A stretch of 64,000 nucleotides of DNA from Patescibacteria group bacterium (GTDB lineage Bacteria > Patescibacteriota > Patescibacteriia > 2-12-FULL-57-11): positions 462,647-526,646 of the forward strand of contig SCUL01000002.1 in assembly GCA_004297205.1 (NCBI GenBank), written 5' to 3'. Below the pieces are notes generated by a model. The model was not told where the DNA came from and made no database searches. It worked only from the letters and a program-made list of their open reading frames with translations. The translations under genes and the position numbers were made by a program. Each line of letters begins with the position of its first letter. The first letter of the stretch is position 1. Below are positions 56,329-64,000 of this stretch, one piece after another.

Positions 56329-56397
56329 CTCGAGGAAGAAACGACGAGGGTCTTGTATGCCACTTGGAAAGAAGTATCCCTCGTCTACACCGCCGAG
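56329..56397 (-). ncRNA. Minimal Y-RNA-like RNA
   Basis: GCGGTGTAG, GACGAGGG/CCCTCGTC stem, TACTTC, GTTTCTT. Confidence 0.65.
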
Positions 56398-56597
56398 CGC
56401 CTTCGTCGCAGGCCGGAACCGAGCGGTTCCGGACTTGGACGAAGGGCCGGGCGGCCCCTTCCCCACGGTCCACACGCGGAGAGCGGTTTCCGCGCTCCAG
56501 AGGAGTGCAGTCCCCGCGTACCCTGGACAAGCATCGACAGGTCCGGTGCGGTCCGTTCGATCCGACGACAGTGATCTATCGCCAGCTCGATGCACCC

Positions 56598-56626
56598 GTT
56601 CTATCACAGGATGAAAACTTTGTCAA
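56598..56626 (-). promoter_or_regulatory. Promoter of the Y-RNA/rsr unit
   Basis: TTGACA-17-TAGAAC next to an AT-rich tract. Confidence 0.6.
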
Positions 56627-56744
56627 GTCCTTAACTACTGAGAGTCTAATTTACTACACAACAGAGCCAAATTATAACACAATAAAGTATAACGATATAT
56701 CCTACAGACGAATGAGCGGCGACAACGCAAGTGTCGCCGCGCCC

Positions 56745-57056
56745 TTGACGATCCACCGGGGTCGTGCTAGGTTCCCGCTACCGATCGGAGCGCATGCGTG
56801 CTCCATCGCCCCGTACAGGAGGCGGGGAAACATGTTCAGCGGAGGCTAGCGTCGGTTTTGCCGCAAACGTCATGGACCTCGGTTCGAGCTGGAGTACAGC
56901 AGCAGTTCGCGCAGGACACCACTTTCGAGGTTTCTGCCCGAGCAGATGGAGATCGCAAGAGCGGTCCCTTCCCGAAGGACCATCGCAAGGAGGCCACCAT
57001 GTCGAGCGGCGGCTGATACCGACCCCCGGGCGCGCAAGCGACCGGGGTCATTTTTT
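56745..57056 (+). ncRNA. Divergent structured transcript with two pentapeptide micro-ORFs
   Basis: TTGACG-17-TAGGTT promoter, stems, terminator 57021-57056. Confidence 0.5.
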
Positions 57057-57801
57057 ACTTGAACGTCGGAAAGCCACCGGCACCACGCCACGCCAGATCG
57101 AACAGGGCGCGCAGCGTCTGGGCCGCGATCGCGCTGTCGATCACTACCCCGATGATCGCTCCCTTGAACGTCACGATGGCGACCTTATCGCCGTAGATGA
57201 CCAAGTCTCCGTAAAATTCGAAATCTTTGGGCGGCAGGACACGCACGTCCACGCCGGGTCGCGCCCGCTGCACGTTGCCGAGCAACAAGGCGCGGCCGGG
57301 TGTTTTGCGTTTGGAAAGGACGTCCTGAATCGCGCGCAACTCCGGATCGGAGAAAATCTCTTTGACTGCGTCAATATTGGCCATTTCGTCGACCGTGGCC
57401 GGTTTCGTGGCCGCGATATCCTCGAGAATGGTCCGCAAACCCTCCACGCCCTCAAAAAATTTCACGCCGGGACGCTCGCCTTTCTGCAGCAGCCGCAGAT
57501 CGTTCAGCACCGACGCGATCTCGCGGACCTTGCTTTGCATCTTCTTTGATTCCTCCTCCACGAAATGAAGCAGCCGATCCGGCGGTTCCGCGGAAAAGAG
57601 CTTGCGCTTGCCGCGGATGTAGGAACTCATGAGCCCTTTCTGGGAAAGCCCGGTGATCGCCGCATAGGTGGATGGCCGGGAAAAACCCGCTTTCTTGGCA
57701 ACGATCTGTACCGGAGATGGGCCGAGCTCCAAACTCGCGATGTAGACGCGCGATTCGCTGTCGTTGAAACCGAGGGATTTGAGCAGGTCTGCGTAATCCA
57801 T
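57055..57801 (-). CDS. TrmB-family transcriptional regulator
   Basis: LGFNDSESRVY..RPSTY..KGL..AEPP..VKFFEG..IYGDKV. Confidence 0.88.
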   Translation of the reverse strand: MDYADLLKSLGFNDSESRVYIASLELGPSPVQIVAKKAGFSRPSTYAAITGLSQKGLMSSYIRGKRKLFSAEPPDRLLHFVEEESKKMQSKVREIASVLNDLRLLQKGERPGVKFFEGVEGLRTILEDIAATKPATVDEMANIDAVKEIFSDPELRAIQDVLSKRKTPGRALLLGNVQRARPGVDVRVLPPKDFEFYGDLVIYGDKVAIVTFKGAIIGVVIDSAIAAQTLRALFDLAWRGAGGFPTFK

Positions 57802-57926
57802 ACCAACGCATTCTACCACACGACGATGCTTTTTTGTCGCCCAAGGGTTGACAAAAACAGGCCGATGTGATAGCCTCGCGCGTTCGTCCCCGGCCTGCTG
57901 TTCAATCCCGGGGGCGACGGAGGCAA

Positions 57927-58127
57927 ATGGACCGAACCATGGCCGAGAAGGTCGTGTCGTTCTCGTGGCAGAATGGCCGCGAGCACCCGCTCCTGTGCAC
58001 TGCGCTCAAGGCGCTCGGCATCAGCCGGGCGCGCTTCGACGAGCTGCGGCGCGAGGCGGCCAACGTGAGCCGCGGCCGCGACCGGCTCGCGGTGCTCACC
58101 CCCTGCGGCGGCGCGGTCCGGACCTGA
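57927..58127 (+). CDS. Small hypothetical protein
   Basis: TTGACA promoter, SD GGAGG and downstream terminator. Confidence 0.55.
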   Translation: MDRTMAEKVVSFSWQNGREHPLLCTALKALGISRARFDELRREAANVSRGRDRLAVLTPCGGAVRT

Positions 58128-58209
58128 CCCGGACGCGCTACGCAGCAACAGGCGGTACGCCACCGCCTGTTTCTTTTTGCTATAAAAAGAGGGCATCCTG
58201 AGGGATGCC

Positions 58210-59055
58210 TCACTCCGCCGTCGTCTTCTGTCCGGCGGTGGAGCGGCGGGAGACGATCGCCTGCACGTCCGCGAGTTCTGCCGGGATGTTCACCCCGAGC
58301 GCTTCCTCGGGGTCCGTGAGGACGAGTTCTGCGACCGTCGCCTCTTCTTCGGCCGCGACGGCCAGAAGCGGCGGCAGGTGGAACTCGTCACCGTGGCCGT
58401 CGGCGCGCGGATACGGCCGGATGCGGTCGTAGTGGCTCAGGAACCAGGCGCGGTCGAAGACGTACAGCGACGGATTCACCGACGTTGTCGTCACGAGGTC
58501 CGCGGCACGTGCGTCCCCGGGTTCGACCACGTTCACGATCCGCCCGCGCGCGTCTCGGAAGACGCGCCCGTACCGCTCCAGAATCCGCGGAGAATCGGCG
58601 CCGCCGATCTTCACCGTGACCATGGAGATCATGGGGCGCGGCAGATGCGTGGCCGTGGAGGACTGATGCATCTCCACAAGACGGCGCAGCGTCTCCGTCC
58701 GCCACAGCGGCATGTCGCCGTAGACGACGAGAAAGGCGTCTCCTTGCCGGGCGGTCCGGTCATGCTCCATGACCAGGCGCACTGCATCCGCGGCGCCGCG
58801 CCGACGGTGCTGGTGCATGATGGCGTACCCGCCCACCCGGTCCCGCTCGAGCGCGGCGTCTATCTGGTGGCGGAACCGGCCGTTCAGCACGAGCCAGCGC
58901 GGCCACAGCCCTTTCACCCGATTCACCGTCCGAAGCACCTGCCCGAGCATGCTCGTGCCGCACGCGACATCGACGGTCTCCGTAAGCTTGGAGACCCCGG
59001 GGCGCAGCGTTCCGTGGCCGGCCGCTACGACAATCACACCGACGTACGTTTCCAA
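58210..59055 (-). CDS. GlmU N-terminal-like sugar-phosphate nucleotidyltransferase (divergent)
   Basis: VAAGHG, RGAADAV, YGDMP, YGRVFR, VNPSLY, EFHL, LGVN. Confidence 0.8.
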   Translation of the reverse strand: METYVGVIVVAAGHGTLRPGVSKLTETVDVACGTSMLGQVLRTVNRVKGLWPRWLVLNGRFRHQIDAALERDRVGGYAIMHQHRRRGAADAVRLVMEHDRTARQGDAFLVVYGDMPLWRTETLRRLVEMHQSSTATHLPRPMISMVTVKIGGADSPRILERYGRVFRDARGRIVNVVEPGDARAADLVTTTSVNPSLYVFDRAWFLSHYDRIRPYPRADGHGDEFHLPPLLAVAAEEEATVAELVLTDPEEALGVNIPAELADVQAIVSRRSTAGQKTTAE

Positions 59056-59149
59056 TCCTTGTACTCCCGTGAAAGAACACCCAGCTCTCCTCGGCTGGCC
59101 CCGCCATCCATCACATGCTCAGGATGAGAGGCGGGGTCAGCAGGCGAGA

Positions 59150-60079
59150 TCAACGGCCGACGAGTACGGCGGCGGCCAGCTTCTCCGGATCGTGACGTGC
59201 AAGTTCGGCCTTGCGCAGCAGATCCGCGGCGATGACGCGCTCTCCGGACAGGTCGTTCTCCACGGGAAACGAACCGACTGCCGCATACCGAGCGGCCACT
59301 GCAGCATCCGGATGCGCGGCATTCACGACGACCGCATCCACGGAGCGCCCGAGCGCGCGTTCCACCGCGGCAACGAACTGTGCGGCCGTAAAGCCGTCCG
59401 TTTCTCCCGGCTTCGTCATGGTATTGCAGACGTAGACAAGCCGCGCCCGCGTTTCGCGCAGTACTTCGGCGACGCCGCGCACGAGGAGCACCGGAACGAC
59501 GCTCGTGTAGACGTCCCCGGGACCGAGCACCACGAGATCCGCCGCTTTGATCGCTGCGCTGACCTGCGGCAGCGCCAAGGCGTTCGGCTCGAGCCACACT
59601 TCGGCGATGCGGGAGCGCGCCTGCACGGTGGGCACGTCGATCGCGGTCTCGCCTACAAGCACCGTCCCATCGGCCAGACGCGCCCGCAGCGTGATGTTGC
59701 CCGTCGTGACCGGCAGCACCGTGCCGCGGACCTTGAGCATGTCGCCGAGCCCGCGGACCGCCTCCAGGAAACTGCCGGAGTAGCTCGCGAGCATGGTCAG
59801 CAGCATGTTGCCGGAGGTGTGGCCGTCGAGCGCCCCCTCGGCAAAGCGGTGCTGCAGCAGGTCGCGCGCCACGTCGCCCGGAAAATCGGACAGCGCGAGC
59901 AGCGCTTTGAGCACGTCGCCGGGCGGCAACGCGCCGAGCTCGTCGCGCAGGCGGCCGGAGGAGCCGCCGGAGTCGGCCATCGAAACCACGGCGGTCAGTT
60001 CCGCGTCGGGAACCCGCTTGAGGCCGGACAGCAGCGTGAACTGCCCGGTGCCGCCGCCGATGGTCACGATCTTGGTCAT
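59150..60079 (-). CDS. yvcK: YvcK/GlmR-family protein
   Basis: IGGGTG, DSGGSSGRLR, LPPGD, GHTSGN, GPGDVYTS, RHDP. Confidence 0.92.
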   Translation of the reverse strand: MTKIVTIGGGTGQFTLLSGLKRVPDAELTAVVSMADSGGSSGRLRDELGALPPGDVLKALLALSDFPGDVARDLLQHRFAEGALDGHTSGNMLLTMLASYSGSFLEAVRGLGDMLKVRGTVLPVTTGNITLRARLADGTVLVGETAIDVPTVQARSRIAEVWLEPNALALPQVSAAIKAADLVVLGPGDVYTSVVPVLLVRGVAEVLRETRARLVYVCNTMTKPGETDGFTAAQFVAAVERALGRSVDAVVVNAAHPDAAVAARYAAVGSFPVENDLSGERVIAADLLRKAELARHDPEKLAAAVLVGR

Positions 60080-60864
60080 GCGCGGAGTTCGTTGTAGGTC
60101 CGCTCAAGGACCGCGAGCTGTTCCGGCGTGTTGGCGCCGAGCGTCTCGCGGGAATCGTGGGCGGCGACGGTTTCGAGCTTCGCCTTCTGCGCCACGGCGA
60201 TGCCCAGCACGTCGGGCAAGTAATATTCGCCCTGGACGTTATCGCAGCCGACCTGCGGCAGGTGCTCCCAGAGCCACGGCGCACGGAAACAGTAAAAGGA
60301 CGGATTGACCTCCGTGATGCGCAATTCGGTCGCGGATGCGTCTTTGGCTTCGACGCTTTTGACGACGCGGCCGGAGCCGGAATCGCGCACGATGCGCCCC
60401 CAGTCGGCGAAGGACGAGCGCCAGCCGGAAAAGTCGGGAAGCGGCACCGTCAGCATGGTCATGTCCGCGCCGGTCGAGACGTGGTGCTGGGTGACGCCAT
60501 GGATGGTGGCCGAAGAAATGAGCGGCTGGTCGCCGTAGAGGACGAGGACATGATCCGCCTTGGAGACGGCCGGGCGCGCGCACAGCACGGCATGTCCGGT
60601 CCCCTTCGGCTCCGGCTGCAGGACGAACCGGACGTCGCGGCCGGCGAGCGCCGCGCGGACCTTCTTCTCCACGGCCGGACCGACGACGACGGTCACCCGG
60701 GCGGCAATGCCGCTCGCATCGACCGCGTCGAGCACGTGGAGAAGCATCGGCCGGCCATGCAAGGGAACCAGCACCTTCGGCACGCCGGGAAAGGCCTGGT
60801 GCATGCGTTTGCCCTGACCCGCCGCGAGAATGACGACGTCGACTTTCGAGATGGGTGCGTTCAT
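60076..60864 (-). CDS. GlmU N-terminal (uridyltransferase-only) protein
   Basis: ILAAGQGKRM..PKVL, GTGHAV, YGDQP, NVQGEYYLPD; no LbH domain. Confidence 0.88.
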   Translation of the reverse strand: MNAPISKVDVVILAAGQGKRMHQAFPGVPKVLVPLHGRPMLLHVLDAVDASGIAARVTVVVGPAVEKKVRAALAGRDVRFVLQPEPKGTGHAVLCARPAVSKADHVLVLYGDQPLISSATIHGVTQHHVSTGADMTMLTVPLPDFSGWRSSFADWGRIVRDSGSGRVVKSVEAKDASATELRITEVNPSFYCFRAPWLWEHLPQVGCDNVQGEYYLPDVLGIAVAQKAKLETVAAHDSRETLGANTPEQLAVLERTYNELRA

Positions 60865-61526
60865 AGATGGGCGTTGGTGGCGTGGAACACCGTCAGGTAG
60901 TCTCGAATTTCCATCAGCGAGGTGAAATTGAGCATGCCGATCGACAGGTACTTCTCGGGCGGGATGTCGAGGCGCCGCTTCAGAACCGGTATCCAATCCG
61001 GCCGCAACCGCATGACGTCGCGCGTTTCCTCCACGTGGTCGTTGACGAACACGGTTTTTCCGGGCGCGTCCGGGAACGTGGCGATGTGCACCGTCTTTGC
61101 CTCGGGGCCGGCATGAATCTCATGCACGAAACGGTCGAGTCCCGAGGCCGCGATCTTTCTCCGCTGGAACCACTCGTCGCCGCGCGAGAGCAGCATGAGC
61201 GGGACGTTCAAGGAAATCATGCGCGACAGGAAATCGCGCGTGTCTGGAAAGAGAAAGTCCGCGGCATGATCGAGGACTTGTTCCAGGCGCACGGTGGCCT
61301 GATACGGATCGACGTCGGGCAGCAGCTCATGAAGGAGCTTGGCATGACGGTCCGGCGAATACCCCAAGCGCTCCCCGCCGTGGTCGAGGACCCGCGGATA
61401 CAGCTGCCAGAACATCTCCCGCGTGACGCCGAGTTCCACAAGTGCGCCCGACAGCGCCCGCTTGAAGGCATCGGTGTCGAACAGCGTGTTGTCGAAGTCG
61501 AGAATGATGCGTCCGATGCCGTTCAT
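60861..61526 (-). CDS. HAD-family hydrolase
   Basis: ILDFDNTLFDT, SRGD, FVND. Confidence 0.85.
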   Translation of the reverse strand: MNGIGRIILDFDNTLFDTDAFKRALSGALVELGVTREMFWQLYPRVLDHGGERLGYSPDRHAKLLHELLPDVDPYQATVRLEQVLDHAADFLFPDTRDFLSRMISLNVPLMLLSRGDEWFQRRKIAASGLDRFVHEIHAGPEAKTVHIATFPDAPGKTVFVNDHVEETRDVMRLRPDWIPVLKRRLDIPPEKYLSIGMLNFTSLMEIRDYLTVFHATNAHL

Positions 61527-62278
61527 ACCGGAAGCGTTTTCCAAAGCGAATCGAACATCAGCCGCTGGGTGTCCGAGGTGTCGGCATCCTCGATCAGCAC
61601 GCCGCGCGGCTCACCGCTCGCACCCACCGAAAAGAGCGCCGTTTTATCGGCGTAGACGATGAGGTACGTAGGCGCTCCTTCTTTCTTGGTCAGCCAGCGG
61701 CGCTCGGCCAGGGCCTGCTCCTCTCCGCCGGAACCGATGGCGATCGCCCGGACCCGGATCTTGCGGCGGATGCGCTCGGCGGTGAAACCGGGAAAGGCCC
61801 GATAGAGATGCGATCGGATGTCCGCGGACGAATAGACGACGTAGGCGCGCTCGGCTTCGGGCAGGGCGCCGACCGTATCGAGGACGTCGGCAAGCAGGGT
61901 GCGGATCCCCGGGTCGCCCTCGTAGTACTTCACGACCGGTTTCTCGCTGGCTTTGGAAAACAGCGATGCCAGCTCCGGCAGAATGGCCCGCACCTCTTCT
62001 TTGGCCGCGGAGAGTGCGGAGGCCTTGGCGTCGATCATGGCCAGCAACTTCTCCGGGTGTTCGGCCACGAAATACTGCTTGGTCTTTTGGTGGTAGTACG
62101 AGACCAACCCCTGCTCCATGAGGGACTTCAGGATATCGTAAGTGGTGCCGCGGTTGACGCCGGAAGCGTCCGCAAGTTTCCGAACGGGTGCTGGCCCATG
62201 CGCCAAAACCGACCGGTACACGGCGATTTCCTTGTCGGAAAAGCCCAGTTTCTTAAGCAATACGGCGGCATCTGCCAT
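61523..62278 (-). CDS. TrmB-family transcriptional regulator
   Basis: LGFSDKEIAVY..NRGTTYDIL..AEHPE..VKYYEG. Confidence 0.9.
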   Translation of the reverse strand: MADAAVLLKKLGFSDKEIAVYRSVLAHGPAPVRKLADASGVNRGTTYDILKSLMEQGLVSYYHQKTKQYFVAEHPEKLLAMIDAKASALSAAKEEVRAILPELASLFSKASEKPVVKYYEGDPGIRTLLADVLDTVGALPEAERAYVVYSSADIRSHLYRAFPGFTAERIRRKIRVRAIAIGSGGEEQALAERRWLTKKEGAPTYLIVYADKTALFSVGASGEPRGVLIEDADTSDTQRLMFDSLWKTLPV

Positions 62279-62343
62279 AGGATGGAGGTAGCCTATGCCG
62301 ACCGGGAAATCTTGTCAATTTTTCTTCTACACTTTTTCCACAG

Positions 62344-64000
62344 CTACGGCTTCAGGTAGATGATCCAGCTGCCGTCCTCGTACGCCCGTGTCCAGCCAAG
62401 ACCATCCACGACCTCTCGAGAAAAAGTTCGTTTCCCCTCTTTCCCTGCATTCGGATAGTTGTCCATCCAGAAGAAGAATGGATATTCACCGGACGCGTCG
62501 TTCTTCCAAAAGAGCATGGCGTCGATCGGCGTTTGCGTGAGCGCGTCACTGAACTGTGCGGCGCTTCCGGCTGCGGCAAGTTGCTCGATCACCTGGAAGC
62601 GCTCGCCGTAGCGGGAGGCGTGGTGGCTGAAATGCGGGTTATGGGCCACGAAGTAATGGATGGGCAGATACGCGTTCAAATCTGGCGTGCCGGAGGTCAG
62701 CCACGTTCGCGTTTGCCAATCAGGCACGGCCGCGGCGAGTTTGGGTGCGAGCGCGGCCATCTGTGAGGGAGGAAGACTCTCGATCAGGCGCAGCCGCGTG
62801 ATGTCGTTGTCGAGGAAGCCCGTCATCGGCCAGAGCGGAAGCGAAACGACGAGCATCGCGACAACGGCGCCTTGCCGCACCGGCTCGCCTCGTCCTGCCA
62901 CGTATCTGTCCCAGACCCATTGCCCGAGCGCGACGGCGCCCACGGCGAGCGCGGCATTGGCCAAAAACTTGAAGGGATTCGCGGCCTGAAGCGGGTGGCT
63001 GCCGACGAGGTACAGCAGGATGGATCCGAACTGATACAGATAGGAGAAGCCGAGCAGGCACAGATTCCCGCGCACGAACGGATCGCGGCGCAGGAGGATC
63101 AACCCGGCGAACCCAGCAAGCGCCAGCGGCATGCGCCAGCCCCAGTCCGCGAACGGCAGCCAGGTACTGAAGTCGGCAGCCTGAAAGTAGAACGCCTGCC
63201 AATTCTCCATGCCGCCTTGGTAGGAGAGGAGCAGCGGCACGACGTATGGCGAGGCGACGGCAAACATGATCACGCCGACGCCGCAGAACCGGGCGAGTGC
63301 AGCGCGTCGGTTGGGAGCAGAAAGCGCCAGCGCAAGCATTACCGGGATCGCCATGAACCACCAGAAGTAGTACGTCAGGAACAGGAGACCGCCGGAGATG
63401 CCGAAGAACGCATACGTCAGCGGCCGCCAGCGCTTCATGGCGATTTCCCGGGCGTACAAACCAATCCACAGCGCCACGCCGAGGCCCGGCAGCGTCTTGT
63501 ACGGCTTCAAGAAGACGTCGCTGAAATCGAGCAGGAAGAGGAAGGCGAGCGGGATCAACACCCACCACCAGCTGCGGTCCGGTTGACGGACATCGCGGTC
63601 CGAACGGCGGTCATGGATCCGCAGGACGACGTACGTGCCCAGGAACCAGATGCCGAACGCCGTGGCCACGCCGAACTTGGCGGCGGTCACGGCGTTCTCG
63701 GCAAACAGCCGGCTCACGAGTCCGGCCAGCCAGAAGTAGAGTGGCGGATAAAACTGGGGCAGGCCGTGGTAGTAGAAATCATTCCACGGGCTGCCTTTAA
63801 GCACCTGGCTCAAGTACGCCAGGATGAACATCTCGTCGCCGTTGTTGCCCCACCACATGCGCTGCAACGGCCAGACCAGCACCAAGTAGAAAGCGACCAT
63901 GAGCGCGGACAAGAGCGCCGCGAACAACCACGGCTGCCTGGGCCGGCGTAGAAGGAGGTACGCCGCGGCGGCACCACCTGCAACAAGCAGGACTTTGCCC
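62344..64000 (-). CDS. AftA-like GT-C arabinofuranosyltransferase; 5' end outside window
   Basis: GDEMF..DFYYHGLPQFYPPLYFWLAG..KPYK..HFSHHASRY; many TM segments. Confidence 0.7.
   Translation of the reverse strand, partial: GKVLLVAGGAAAAYLLLRRPRQPWLFAALLSALMVAFYLVLVWPLQRMWWGNNGDEMFILAYLSQVLKGSPWNDFYYHGLPQFYPPLYFWLAGLVSRLFAENAVTAAKFGVATAFGIWFLGTYVVLRIHDRRSDRDVRQPDRSWWWVLIPLAFLFLLDFSDVFLKPYKTLPGLGVALWIGLYAREIAMKRWRPLTYAFFGISGGLLFLTYYFWWFMAIPVMLALALSAPNRRAALARFCGVGVIMFAVASPYVVPLLLSYQGGMENWQAFYFQAADFSTWLPFADWGWRMPLALAGFAGLILLRRDPFVRGNLCLLGFSYLYQFGSILLYLVGSHPLQAANPFKFLANAALAVGAVALGQWVWDRYVAGRGEPVRQGAVVAMLVVSLPLWPMTGFLDNDITRLRLIESLPPSQMAALAPKLAAAVPDWQTRTWLTSGTPDLNAYLPIHYFVAHNPHFSHHASRYGERFQVIEQLAAAGSAAQFSDALTQTPIDAMLFWKNDASGEYPFFFWMDNYPNAGKEGKRTFSREVVDGLGWTRAYEDGSWIIYLKP

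Noticed and set aside
56610-56705. AT-rich tract as origin or repeat array
   Set aside because: No iterons or regular repeats; it fits an upstream element between divergent promoters
55985-56849. Protein-coding ORFs upstream of rsr (181 aa, 220 aa, 109 aa)
   Set aside because: No recognisable motifs, SD or codon bias; the region is better explained by RNA structure

Overview
High-GC bacterial chromosome segment, most likely Patescibacteria/CPR (Parcubacteria/ABY1-like). This is inferred from 16S signatures, an unlinked 16S gene, a short hinge-less SMC, TrmB regulators and many leaderless core genes. Core genes are pilT, rnc, nusB, rpmF, gyrA, rpsA, ftsH, pilB, tsaE/tsaD, clpP, nrnA, smc, rpsP-khpA-trmD and 16S rRNA. 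They are interleaved with self-contained accessory cassettes, a purine cluster (purD, guaB, purA, purH) beside tRNA-Glu, and a small integrase-less Fic islet in tRNA-Ile. The most striking locus is a Ro60/TROVE gene preceded by a ~600-nt structured leader. It holds two Y-RNA-like modules: a minimal one, and one carrying a ~205-nt multi-hairpin domain that is not tRNA-like. A divergent structured transcript encodes twin pentapeptides (MFSGG, MSSGG). Other RNA-level oddities are a tRNA-Arg body with a UCA anticodon, a tRNA mimic with an extended anticodon arm, a rod-shaped ncRNA, a possible riboswitch-like leader and an attenuator-like leader. All structures were folded by eye and no database searches were run.
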